Assembly: GCA_973895155.1 (NCBI GenBank)
Contig: OZ316891.1
Location: 10,355,875-10,419,874, forward strand
Length of the DNA: 64,000 nt
From: Marsupella aquatica
Taxonomy: Eukaryota > Plantae > Marchantiophyta
Reading direction: 5' to 3'
Position 1 is the first letter of the stretch. Every line of letters begins with the position of its first letter. The position numbers were made by a program, and so were the translations under genes. Below the pieces are notes generated by a model. The model was not told the origin of the DNA. It saw nothing but the letters and a program-made list of their open reading frames with translations, and did no database searches. Below are positions 46,201 through 57,687 of the stretch, piece after piece.

Positions 46201-48100
46201 TTTGGGGTCCGCGTACACTCACTCTTTATTATGTATAATTTTTTTGGGGCGTGGTTTTTCTAGACACTTCTTTGTGACTGTGTGTTTATTTTTGCGTTTG
46301 TAAGTAATGTTTTTTGTTTTCTCTCCAATTTCCAGTTCTGTTTTCTCTCCAACTTCTCTTTTGAATCTAGGTAACAACTTACATTATGATGGGCCATGCA
46401 ACCCTAAGAAAAAGTTGCAAGATGCCGATGCCCAAAGTATACTTGCACGACGGACCAACGCCCTCAAAAAATTACAGCCACACAGATAAGTCACCCGTAC
46501 ATTTGGGAGAGGGGGACATCCGTACTTACGGGTTGCTGGAAAAACACACAACGGGTGGAAAAACAAAGAAAAACCCGTGGCAACATATTGTACACTGTAC
46601 AAGGAGATCCACGGGAATTTATGAAGATGATGAAGTCTTAGAAAAAGATACATTATTTTGTTTTACAATATGGAGCCCAAGGGATTTACATTTCTACCGG
46701 CCAGTTGGCTTCTTCGGGAACTTGACAAGAAATTAAAAAGTGCAAGCATTTTGATGTAAAACATTGATATATCGGTGCCAAGATATCCAAATGATTATTT
46801 GTTTTACCTTGCTGTTTATTATAGTTTTAAATTTGCTAATTTTTTGATCTGTTTTAGTAGAAACTGGGTCTAAGGGTTTTTCCTTGCCTTGCTAGCTTCA
46901 AAGACAAAACAGTAAGTCATCTTTGTTTCTGTTCCAAACATCAAATAATGTTCCTGTTTGTGACCAAATGTGTTCATGTGGCTCCAGGCACGTGACACTA
47001 GGGATTTTGGGAAGAAATTTGCATGGGGATTTGTAAAATTTGACTTTGAAACCAAATCAGTGATGCAATGCAGATAGAACCCCAAAAAGTCAAATTGTGG
47101 TTCACAATTTGCTTAGCAATAATCATATATGAAAATTCATGAAAAAAATTGTCTAATAATTTAGTAAGACATATCTTGAATTATACTTAACTTGACATGT
47201 TTTTGTGTGCTCATTTGTTTCATTGTAACTTGTTCACTTATTTTACTTGTGTTTTACATTGCATAGCCCAATGTCCATGTGTTGCCCAGCCATTGTTGTA
47301 AACGTGTTGTCATTGTTGAAGTGTTGGAATTCTGAGAAATGTTGTCATCATGGAAAGTACGGTGTTGCAAAAACGTACTATTGTTTATGTGGAAATGTTC
47401 AATTTTGTTATGTACACAAAAGCTACGTTGTTGTTAGTATGATGCAAAAACTGATGCAGAAATAGGGGCTGGAATACACTAATGGGTAGGGGGATCGAGT
47501 TAGGGAGAGCCAGAGTAAGGTACATATATTGAGATATGGGAGGCAGCACGAGGTGCTACTCAGAAAATGATCTGCCAAGACACACAGGGCTCAATACTTG
47601 TGCGTTGCACAAAAGATATGGTTATGCAAAAGTGTCAATGATTGCAGAAAAGATGGCCTTGTAAAAGATATGTTGTTGTGGAAAAGCTGATGTAGCAAAA
47701 AGGTGTAAAAAATGGTTAATTGCATGAAGATGCTGTTTGCATAAAGATGTTGTGCAAAATATGTCAATGTCTAAAACATATTTGTGGGAAAGATTTTTTG
47801 TACAAAGAAGTCATTTGTAAAAGATGTTGTTTGCCAGAAAAATGTCATTGCGCAAATATATTGGTACATTAAAGATGTCAGTTGTGTGAAGATCAATGTT
47901 GTGCAAAAGATGTTGTTGTGTAAAAGATGGCCTTCAGTTGGGCAAACAATGAGACTCCAAAAATGATGGTATCGTGTAAAAGATATTGCTGTAGATATTA
48001 AGATGTTATTGTGGAAAAGATGTCAATCCATAAGCAATGTTGTTGAAAAAAAGATGTTTTAAAATTATATATGGTTTGTAAAAGGCTTGTGATATGCAAT
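43270..48100. mobile_element. Degenerate DNA-transposon-like region with several tandem-repeat arrays and two decayed divergent ORFs
   Basis: ~60-bp CATTGGAAAGCTA repeats at 43270-43720; a broken ORF at ~43790-44425 (-); ~35-bp GGATTACCC repeats at 45080-45270; ~80-bp ACTAGTAAGGTTAATCTT repeats at 45296-45580; a broken ORF at ~46386-46736 (+); AAAAGATGTTGT-type repeats at 47600-48100. Termini and transposase were not found. Confidence 0.45.
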
Positions 48101-49418
48101 GGCCATGAATCATCTTAATTTATATTAGTTTTTGTAAAATGAGTCCAGCAAAAAAGTGGAAAGATATATGTTATAATGGTAAGATAAATACAACATAAAG
48201 CAAGAAGATAGCAAGTGGGCCTAAAGAAAGATGGAAAACGTTGATGGACATGAAGAGTGGAAAGAGGATAATGAGAGTGTGAAATCTTAAGTGAGGAGAG
48301 AAAACAATGCAAGGGCAAAAAGAATAAAATTAGCACCTCTCCAAGAACCCTTTGTTAATCACACCATAACTAACCCAAAAACAAACCCCCCCTTCATTTC
48401 CCAAGACCTGATGAAAAAGATTAGAAACTGTACCTAAAAGCAAGCCTAGCTAAAATACATTTAGAATGAAAAGTGAATTTTAGCTTTTCAAAAAATCATA
48501 AGAAAACAAAACTAGGCGAGTTCCCCTCCCACCAAAGAGTGTGTTCTTCACAGTTGTACACATCCATTTTAGTTGTACAGGTGCAGTACAATTCATAATT
48601 AGATGACTGTCTATTTCCTTTAAAATACATAGGCCTTTAACATGTAACGATTGAGTAACCCTTATAAAAAAGTTCTGTTGTATTTAACTTGTACCCGCCT
48701 TGTGTTCCTCATAATTATTATTGCCTTTGTATCCTATTGCCTTGTTTGCTTTGGTGGACACTGATTTCTAAGTATCAAAGTCTAGAATAAAACATAACAT
48801 AAATCCAATGGTCAGGAATGAGGCCAAAGCAACTTCAATGGAAAAGTAAATTAAATGTTGTCATTGAGAAGAAGAAATAATTAGTCACATAAAAGATGCT
48901 TGGTACAGGTAAACCTGCATCAAACATAAATGCAAGACACTCAGAGGAAAAAACAGAAATATTTGATCATCTGTAAACTAGAGAATATTTACTTAGGTTC
49001 AATTTGTTGTTTGAATGAATCAAGAACTGCATATTATGGCATTCAATTTACTGCATGGTCAGCATCACTCTGGTTGAGTCTAGGGTAGATTCCATAACAC
49101 CCCTTAAGATGTACTCTGTATCAATCAGTGTATCGGTAACTTGCAAGCAAACAGGAAGACATTTAGAGTTTCAGATATAGTGAAGTTTGCAATCCACATG
49201 TTCACAATCCACACACCATAATTTGTCAATCCTACTTGAAAACATGGCACAAAATTGTAGGTGTTTGGAACCAACCCTTAGTGCCAAAAGGTGCAGCTCC
49301 AATCTTGAGTGTGCTGTCTTTCCCCATAAATGCACTGAACTATGCAGAGAAATTTCAAGGGCATTATTAAGGATCATGTTTGGTGGCTCGGATCGATGAA
49401 CTCCATCATCTGAACATA

Positions 49419-49564
49419 TCAACAATCTACGGTATCGAACTTGAAAGGCCTCATGGGGTCCTCCCCAAAATTGATGCTCACGTTTGAGTTGGGGCCCGTC
49501 AGGCTGATGGTGGGATACAGTCGCCCCTGAGTATGGGGGTCAATTTCAGCTCTGCCCACCATCC
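49419..49564 (-). pseudogene. 3' fragment of a SPRY-domain (RanBPM-like) gene truncated by the Mutator-like element
   Basis: MVGRAEIDPHTQGRLYPTISLTGPNSNVSINFGEDPMRPFKFD matches the SPRY C-terminal LYPTV.L...V..NFG..PF.FD pattern. Coding-like sequence stops exactly at the TIR at 49565. Confidence 0.7.
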
Positions 49565-50295
49565 GGGGGTATGATAGCCATGACAGAAAACAGAAAACAG
49601 AAAACCTGTTACCAGGAAATTTTTTGCTGTTAACAGTCAAATTTTACCTGTTACCAGTAAGCGATTCCCTGTTACCAGTTTTGCATCAACCATAGCCCTT
49701 TGGTCCGAATGAAAAACATCGCTAATCACAGAATTTTTCTTTAGTGAATTAGGTTTAAAACGAACAATTATTTTGTGTCATCCGATGGATGAAGAGTACT
49801 AGCAATCCTCCCTTGCAACAACATTTTGATCTGGAAGATAACTGAACACGGTATGGGGACTATATTCAATGAAACATTCATTCAAATATCACTATTCGTC
49901 CAAGCTAAAAAGTGAACCTTAGGGTGGGACCCACCACAGAACAAGTGAAGAGTAGTGTCCAAATGAACTCAATCAAAATGAGTTCACTTAAATGGACCGA
50001 GTACTGTGACAAACAAATGACAAAACACCCCCTAACGATTTATTTCAGAATAATTGAATAAACACGGCTTGAAAGATAAAACAGAATGATATCAACTTAC
50101 ACATTTTAAATAAAACATGTTGTAATGCTTACACTACATGCGTACATAATAAAGCAAGAAAAATAAGATTTTTGGAAGCAGCGCCCGGCGCTAACCAAAC
50201 AATACTGAATAAAACAAGTAACATATCCGTTGGGTAAAGACAAAATAGAGACTATCCGTTATATTGAACGACCTATCCGGAAGTTTTGGCCCCTA

Positions 50296-50709
50296 TTATA
50301 AGCCATTCAAGTTCTGCCTCTCCAAGACAAGCCTGACTTCGCCCACAGTCAAAATTGGTTGGCTACAAAGAGTCGACTCCTCAACCTCAAGTTTGAAAAC
50401 ATTTATGTACACCCAATATAGATGTTTACAAGGTATGTACAACTTGCCACGCGAATGTCGTAGGAAGAAGTCCTCACAAGAGCAAGCAGGGAAGATACAG
50501 ATTTGAACGAAGTACGTGCTTGGTGATCGATGGTTCTCATGGGTTCAAATTCAAAATTGCTTTCCAAAAGCATTTCCAGTACGAACATTCCATTCCCCAT
50601 CCAAACTCATCTCTTCTTGTCGTGCAGACTCCATTCGCTTAGTGTGACCCACAATGAGATTAGACCGAGGTCTTGAGTTCCTCCCATTCTGACGGGTATA
50701 ACCACCATG
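50296..50709 (-). pseudogene. SWIM zinc-finger exon of element 1
   Basis: A 138-codon frame after a TAG acceptor: ...TRQNGRNSRPR...KRMESARQEEM...YFVQICIFPACSCEDFFLRHSRGKLYIPCKHLYWVY...QPILTVGEVRLVL* (CxC...CxH SWIM). Two in-frame TGA at 50551-50553 and 50545-50547. Not in the ORF track. Confidence 0.85.
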
Positions 50710-50734
50710 CTAGCAAACAGTAAATAGATATTCT

Positions 50735-50890
50735 CATATGAGCCAATTTTTTCTCGTACAAGCAAAAATTTGTCTCGTACGAGTAAACAAGTTTCTTGTA
50801 TGAGCATATCTATTTACTCGTACGAGTTTCTGTTTTCTTGTATTAGTTTCTGTTTTCTTGTATGAGTATTTTTTTTCTTGTATGCATTTT
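50735..50890. repeat. ~20-bp degenerate repeat carrying the palindrome CTCGTACGAG and its C-to-T decayed forms (CTTGTATGAG)
   Basis: About 7 copies read directly in the putative intron upstream of the SWIM exon. Confidence 0.7.
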
Positions 50891-51072
50891 AGTTTCTTCT
50901 CTTCAGGGTATAGCGTCCATATATACAATAATTGTGCGGACAATATTATGGTGGGTCCCACCATTGTACAACATCAGAGGAAATTTCTTGACGATTTCAC
51001 ACAAGGACTCCAATATATTGCCACGAAATATGAAGTCAAAACAAAGTCATACAATACTAGCGCCCGGCGTCT

Positions 51073-52659
51073 TGCAATTGCATCTTCGGCCTTTAGCTCA
51101 CAAGTGAATATGGTGCAAAGTGCCCGATAATGATGATCATATACATGGGCACTGAAAGTAAGCCAATCTGCCGTGCTTCGATGCATCACGTCAAAACTTA
51201 CCCATGAACCCTCTAGCGACCCACCAGGTTTCATTCTTTGGAGCAGGTCCAGACCACTCCCGTCATCTTTTACGGTCATTTTAAAGATATGAGCACTCTT
51301 GTCCCGGCAGCCTTGACCAAGGAGCAAGAACCTATGAAGAAAAGGCAGTCGGATACACTTTTGCATCCTCACAAGAAATTCCAGTTCCCCTTTCCCCTTC
51401 TGATCTTGACGGACACTCCTTAACACGGATGCAAACTTCTGAGGAGATGCCACGACCATCAAGGACTCCCAAATTTCCTTCTCTTCTTCAAGAGAGATTT
51501 CTTCAACAGAGGCCTCGCAAAATGTACTCGTCAGTGTCTCAGTTGCAGAGTTTTTTATCCCTGCTTGGGATGCCATGGGGTTTGCAGTGAATCCCTTCTC
51601 CAGATGAGACCTTGCAACCTTTTTTGCCTCCCTCGAAAAGACCCGTCGACTGGGATGATTGTGAAATCCCATATGAACAGCTAGTCGCGACATGTGGGCC
51701 AAAGACTTAACGTCAACTTTTGCAGATGGATACATGTAGAACATTAGAGCAGGGCAGGCCTCAATGCACATCGGAGGTTCGGAGCAATGGTGACAAACAA
51801 CTCCACCTTCGGAGATCAACTCCCCAACTCGGAATGGGCCCAAAATTTTTGGGGTTCTTGCCCACATCTCATTATTTTGAAACTTGTTGTCTTTCCACCA
51901 CGGACAAGCATTATTTCGACACTACAGCGATCCCGTACACTGGACTTTCCCAAAATCCCACATTTTCTTCGGAAGAACATTTGAAGACGTTTTCACAATC
52001 CGAGTCTAATAATAAAAATCCTTACCACGATCCATATCTTTCAAACGTTTACCTTTTGCGTTCACACAGTCTATCGGGGGTAACTCAAAAACCACATTCC
52101 CATTGTAAGATGTGGGAAGACTGGGCACTACGTGATGAACAAAATCACTCCCCCTTATAAACCGAGACAATTCACTATGACCTTTGGATTTCAAGATTAT
52201 ATCCATTGCGCTCTGCCAGTACGCAGTCAAGGGCACAATCTTTTCTCGATCCGCATTAGACTCCTTTTTAACCTCGGATGGGTAAACTGGAATCTTCTCT
52301 CCGAGAGTAGTTGTCGCTTGCTTATCATCTCCAGAACTTTCCGAGAGTTTGATGACATCGAGTTTAGCCGCTGTGGGAGGATGAGTACAGGAGGCCCCAA
52401 AATCTCTCAAAACAAAAACCTCATATTCTTTTTGAGCCTCCAGAGTCCAATATCTTTGACCATGAACAACATCGTCGAAAACTGGAGTCTCCCCCAAACA
52501 AACCGATACTAACGATATCGCTAAAATAGACTCCTTGGCGACATCAAATCTCACTCCCAAATATTCCTCTAAAACACGCTTTGATTCAGATGATTCGAGG
52601 ACGGGAATTGTGATTACATCCCGAGTGTCCTTCCTCGTGACAACGGTATTTTGAGCCAT
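51073..52659 (-). pseudogene. MULE transposase (GCM/WRKY-like zinc-finger + N-terminal part of the DDE domain), truncated
   Basis: ORFs 52006-52659 and 50974-51867 are one frame broken by TAG at 52006-52008 and 51922-51924. Motifs: VVFELPP, QCTGSL*CRNNACP, CHHC...CIEACPALMFY...RLAVHMGFHNHP and WVSFDVMHR...WLTFSAHVYD...IFTCELKAED (first catalytic Asp region). The rest of the DDE domain is missing after ~51073. Confidence 0.8.
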
Positions 52660-53782
52660 GGCTTCAAAAGAGGGATATGCCTTTGCCCCGTGCGAAATGA
52701 AATATGTTTATCATGAGATTCGAGTACGAGAAGTAAACATTTCATTCTCACTATAGAGTCGTTATAGATTTGGACGCACTCCATCAATGACGTTTTGTCG
52801 TCTTACCAACGACAGGATTTGGGTTCATCGTTACTAGCGCCTGGCGCTACCTCTAAGTGTAAAACACTCTTGGGTGAGGACTACGAATGCCAATAATAAT
52901 AGCGCCTGGCGCTACCTCTGGGTGCAAACATTCTAGGGTGAGGAGTACGAAGGCAATTAATAATAGCGCCTGGCGCTACCTATTTCAATGGACTTGAAAA
53001 CATTCAATAGAAGGAAAAGTACGATAACGCGATTATGGCTGGAGATTATTCTGGTCGCTTTGTTGTTGGGCTGGAAAATCGGCCAGAGTTTGTTGATACT
53101 TCCGGTAAGGTCTTCCTCGATCTTTTACAAAACAAAGAAGTGGTTGCACCAACTCCTCCTAAGAAGATTCCTGGAAGTAAGAAGCAGGACAAGCTCCGTG
53201 CTATTCTAAATTTTGATTCGGAAGACGAGGATGAGGGTGGCAATGCTTCTCAGCCGGGTTCTCAGCAATCTAAAGATGATGAGGTGTCGAAGAATGTGGT
53301 GGACCTTGGATCTGGAGATGAGGACAGTGAAGAGTCAGAAGAGTAATTTTCTTTAGCTTTCTTTCTCTCATTGTATACTTTTTTCCAAAGAACTCCTATA
53401 CTCCCTTTTGTCTAGAAAATTCGCCCAATTTCCCGACTTCGACTAAAGAACTCCAGTTCAAATTCTCAGGTCAGAGTGGAATCTTTGGAGGCATTTTCAA
53501 CTTCGAAGGAACGTCTCTAGGAACGTTGTACAGACCCTAGAGAAGCCATTTGTTCTCCCCTCTTATGCTGAAAAGGCGGCACGACGGGCAGATTCAGTCA
53601 GGACGCTTACTTGGGAGAGTAAGGGTCTTAGACTCAGGAGAGGCTCAGATAGAAAGTTTGTGCAGAATCACTTCGTAGATGATATTGCAAAATCCAAGTA
53701 TGTGGACGACGAAGCAGAGTCCACTGATAGATCAAAAAGTAGCAGTTCTGAATTGATCTCAAAGTCGAGTGGTGGTCTTTAG
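52658..53782 (+). pseudogene. Spliced accessory gene of unknown function in element 1 (acidic central region)
   Basis: Exon 53011-53342 (KEKYDNAIMAGDYSGRF...DSEDEDEGG...) joins through a phase-2 GT-AG intron 53343-53415 to exon 53416-53782, an open frame apart from TAA at 53444-53446. A possible first exon 52658-52822 has one TAG and a weak donor. Confidence 0.55.
52835..52978. repeat. 64-65-bp tandem repeat x3 carrying the palindrome TAGCGCCTGGCGCTA
   Basis: Copies at 52835, 52900 and 52964; variants at 50180, 51058, 53858 and 53922. Confidence 0.9.
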
Positions 53783-54075
53783 TTTTCCTTGTTTTATTTA
53801 CCCGTTCATGGAGAACGATGATACTAAATAAGAACGCAATTACGTGTCATATTAGAGTAGCGCCCGACGCTATTACTGTAGCCGGTAGTTCAAAGAGGTT
53901 TTTATTCGGATGTTTTCCTTATAGCGCCCGGTGCTAGTATAAATGTACTCAATGGCCGCTTCAGGTCCAATATAGGTGACAATATTTTCTTATCCTTTGG
54001 TGTCTTTTTTTGGGTGCACATTTGCTGGTATGAGTTTTGCTGTTTGCTGTTTGCTGTCACGGAGAGATCCCCCCC

Positions 54076-54717
54076 ATTCTGACTACCCAGCCGGACATTT
54101 GGCTCCAAAAACCTTATTGTTTCTGGGAACACGTTCACATTTATCCTAAGGTCAAACAAAGATGGCGCAAATCGACTGGATCCTGTTGTTTGGGCTAAGA
54201 CAAGTCCTTGCTCTTCGAGGAACGTGATTTCAGAAGGACATAGGCTTGTACCCTTCACAACAGGCAAAATTTCAGGAAGAGGAGGAAGTTGATGAACACC
54301 ACGACGCGGACGACTCTTATAACAGGTTTGGTTTGGGCAGAACCAAATCATTTCGGAGATCGGTTCGCCCCTGAAGAGACAATGGCCCTTCATGACAATT
54401 CCAACAACACCGTCAGACAAATGGAAGCCAACCTTCTTGATACGATTTCGACACTCATCGCGATCAGAACTCCCATTGAGTGTCCCATTACACTGGGGAC
54501 CTGCTCCATACTTGGACGTCCGTCGCAACTGCCACTGCCCCAGAGGGACATCCTTCTCTAGCACAATCGTGCGTGGAAGTGGATTCTGAAGTGAGGTTGG
54601 TGCACTGAGCGGAGGTTTTGTGGATCTTGTTGTACGGGTTGTTTGAGGGGTATTGTCCAGTGAATCAGTATCACCATCTGATAACACAGTGACGGACCAA
54701 ACGAGAAGTGTGACCAC
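54076..54717 (-). pseudogene. Cys-containing TE-associated ORF, probably the N-terminal part of a SWIM gene, truncated by the element 1 TIR
   Basis: WQLRRTSK..PQCNG...CRNRI...IWFCPNQTC...PPLPEILPVVKGTSL..SEI.FLEEQGLVL resembles, from memory and unverified, the domain preceding SWIM in bryophyte MULE-like elements. The ORF tail 53902-54075 is read-through into the TIR. Confidence 0.55.
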
Positions 54718-55187
54718 ACTTCTCGTTTTGCCCGCGGCAAAAAAAGTTTCTAAGGAAAAAAAGTCTTGGATACGAAATTAGTATTCCCCCTAAAAACTAG
54801 TTTTTCGGTTTCAAAAAATGGGAAAAATCGAAGTGAATACGAAGATGGGATACGGCGTATCCCATTTCGGATCCAACCGCGGAATTCCAAAAACAAAAAA
54901 AACAAATGCAGTAAAAGTGCCGATATTGTTTTACCTGTTAAGAATATTCCCAAATGATTCTTCTTAACGGTAACATTTAACCAACTGCGCTGCAACTGCA
55001 GCCAAATACTAACCACGGTCAAGGAGAAAACTATAAATAGGAGATCCCCGCTTGAAAAATTTCCGCTCATTTTTTCTCGCTCTCTATCCTCTTCCTCTCG
55101 ACGAATGCCCACCGTCTATACAAACTCGTATTCTCCAAAAATCAGATTTGACTAACAGGTGAGAATCTTCATGCAAATGGCAAGGAC

Positions 55188-56016
55188 GAATCCCGAATGG
55201 GATACGGCATATCCCGTTTGGGATTCAACCTTCAAATGTCTAGTTTTTGTTTCTATTTAGTTGAAAAAGGAGGTTGGATGCGAAGTGGGATAGGGGGTAT
55301 CCCATCTCGCATCCAACCTCCGAATATGAAGTATCTTAGCCTCCAAATGTCAAAACCTCAACGTTGAATGCAAAATGGGATATGGCGTATCCCGTTTGGG
55401 ATTCACCCTTCAAATGTCCAGTTTTTGTTTCTCTTTAGTGAAAAAAGGAGGTTGGATGCGAAGTGGGATACGGGGTATCCCATCTTGCATCCAACCTCTG
55501 AATATGAAGTATCTTAGCCTCTAAATGTCAAAACCTCAACGTTGAATGCGAAATGGGATACGGCGTATCCCGTTTGAGATTCACCCTTCAAATGTCCAGT
55601 TTTTGTTTCTCTTTAGTGAAAAAAGGAGGTTGGATGCGAAGTGGGATACGGGGTATCCCATATCGCATCCAACCTCTGAATATGAAGTATCTTAGCCTCC
55701 AAATGTCAAAACCTCAACGTTGAATGCAAAATGGGATACGGCATATCCCGTTTGAGATTCACCCTTCAAATATCCAGTTTTTGTTTCTCTTCAGTGAAAA
55801 AAGGATGTTGGATGCGAAGTGGGATACGGGGTATCCCATATCGCATCCAACCTCCGAATAATAAGTATCTTAGTCTCCAAATGTCAAAACCTCAACGTTG
55901 AATGCGAAATGGGATACGGCGTATCCCGTTTGGGATTCAACCTTCAAATGTCCAAATTTGGTTTCTCTTTAGCTAAAAAAGGAGGTTGGATGCGAAGTGG
56001 GATACGGGGTATCCCA
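55188..56016. repeat. Palindrome array A: 178-bp unit x~4.7, two hairpins per unit (10 copies of GGGATAC-NNN-GTATCCC)
   Basis: Cores at 55199, 55287, 55377, 55465, 55555, 55643, 55733, 55821, 55911 and 55999 (alternating 88/90 bp); a solitary copy at 54847. Confidence 0.95.
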
Positions 56017-56178
56017 TGTGGTATCTCCCTAGAGTTTTCTTGGCATGGGAAAAATCTTATGGATTGCTGATTGTTTCGCAGGCGAAGTTCAACTAAACAC
56101 GCACTGAAGCTCTTGCTGCCTTTTAGTGACTCAAGCTTTTGCTTTCTTGGAAAAACGACGTTTTCTCTTGTGAGTCTA

Positions 56179-56504
56179 ATGGCGGTCCAGAATCAAAACC
56201 GTGAGAAACGTGCTCGTCGATTGTATAAGCGATTAGTTGCACTCAAAGTTCTCCGTCCTGGATTAGGAGCGCTATGGACGGGAGGCGTGGATCCACTGAT
56301 AGTTTGAATCCACTCCGAATAGAGTTTTGTGAAAAAAATGAAGACGGAGTTCCAATTCGGTCGAGGATATGTTTGAGTGGTTGTCTGCACTCTGTTAATT
56401 CTTCTTGTAATTATTGTCGTGATGCCCGAAACAAATATCATCGATTAGCATATTTGTGTTGTCGGATTTGGAACGAAGATCCTTGGGTGAACTTATTAAG
56501 TTGA
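56179..56504 (+). pseudogene. Small basic/Cys-rich ORF with a probable frameshift
   Basis: MAVQNQNREKRARRLYKRL... in one frame and ...RICLSGCLHSVNSSCNYCRDARNKYHRLAYLCCRIW... in an overlapping frame; no family recognised. Confidence 0.3.
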
Positions 56505-56680
56505 ATCTTCTTGATTAGTGTGTAAGTGTTTAGGTGAACGTTCTTGGGTCAAAATTTTTGTGAATATATTTTTCTTTTGATCAAAGAAATAAAATCAGTT
56601 TTTCCATCACTGTTTTGTAGGTTGTTGAGAAAGTGCTCACCATCTCATTTATTACTCCAGGTATCCACTCTTATTTTGGA

Positions 56681-57220
56681 ATGGCCGTCACTAAGAACCC
56701 TGTCTTTACAAGGTTAGCGATGTCATTCGACAAAGAGAAGAAACAAATTCAGCAAAAAAGTGGCCAAAGGGAATCCATATTGCTTTTGGATGGACTTCCT
56801 AATGAGATTGTTGAAACGTTCATTTGGCCCATTTTGAAAGTTTGTAGTATAGAGGATGAATTTGATTCCTCCAAGAACCAAGCTGATGAAAGATTGATGC
56901 GATTAAAAACAATGGTGTGGCTTGGATGCACCTCCAAGAAATGGAACCAACTCGTAATTTGTACACGAGTCTGGGGTATTCTTAGACTAGCAAGAAGCCA
57001 GTTTGAGGAAGTAAATGAAATGCTGACAAGCATTCCCGATGGAAAACCCCTTCAAAATGTTCATATTGAAGCTTTTGTTAGGATGGAAACACTGAATCTT
57101 CCTCCAATCGATTTCTTAGGTTTATTTTCAAGGTCTGACTTAAATTGATTTCAAGAAGACTGGCACAATCTTGAGAAAGATGAGCAAGCAAGGCTCTTGG
57201 AAATGTATGGGGAAGCTTAG
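56681..57220 (+). pseudogene. F-box-like protein in element 2
   Basis: LLDGLPNEIVETFIWPIL...LGCTSKKWNQLV...VW fits the F-box LPxEI...L..xSKxW pattern with an insertion. The frame continues past TGA 57146-57148 (likely CGA) to TAG 57218-57220. Confidence 0.6.
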
Positions 57221-57301
57221 AGCTTTATTTTGTGGCACAATTCCGGATGAATAAAGAGTTTTGTGATTCTACCCTTACATCAACCCCATTCGCTAAGCGT
57301 A

Positions 57302-57401
57302 AAATCTATTTGGTTTAATCCAAGGAAGTGGGGATATGCCTAATCTAAATCAAATCTATTTGGTTTAATCCAAGGACGTGGGGATATGCCTAATCTAAAT
57401 C
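57302..57401. repeat. 50-bp direct duplication
   Basis: AAATCTATTTGGTTTAATCCAAGGA(A/C)GTGGGGATATGCCTAATCTAAATC x2. Confidence 0.9.
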
Positions 57402-57687
57402 TAGTCAGAAACAAAGTCCTATCAAGCGAAAAAAGTATAAATAGAGCTCCGGACTCCAACCCTCCGCTTTTGGATACACCTTATCGCTTGTGTATACAAA
57501 GGTGATAAAGTATAAATAGGAGTGCCTGGTCAGAATGTGCACGCTCATTTCTTTTCCTTCTCAACTTCGTTTGCCTCCGCGTTTTTCTCGGGCCGCAACA
57601 TCTCTATAGCTTTTCGTATTTTCTCGAATCAAAACAAAAAAACAGGTAAAACCTCAATAAACTCTCCCCTCCTTGGCGCACTTGATT

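Larger units (their letters stand above)
49565..54075. mobile_element. Element 1: internally deleted Mutator-like (MULE) DNA transposon with G-rich TIRs
   Basis: Left end GGGGGTATGATAGCCATGACAGAAAACAGAAAACAGAAAACCTGTTACCAGGAAAT versus reverse complement of the right end GGGGGGGATCTCTCCGTGACAGCAAACAGCAAACAGCAAAACTCATACCAGCAAAT. It contains MULE transposase and SWIM sequence. No TSD is present. Confidence 0.8.

Noticed and set aside
54700-54740. MPRAKREVWSHF as a BED zinc-finger start (hAT transposase)
   Set aside because: No following CxxC...H...H pattern and no hAT catalytic domain; at most a frameshifted start of the 54717 ORF.
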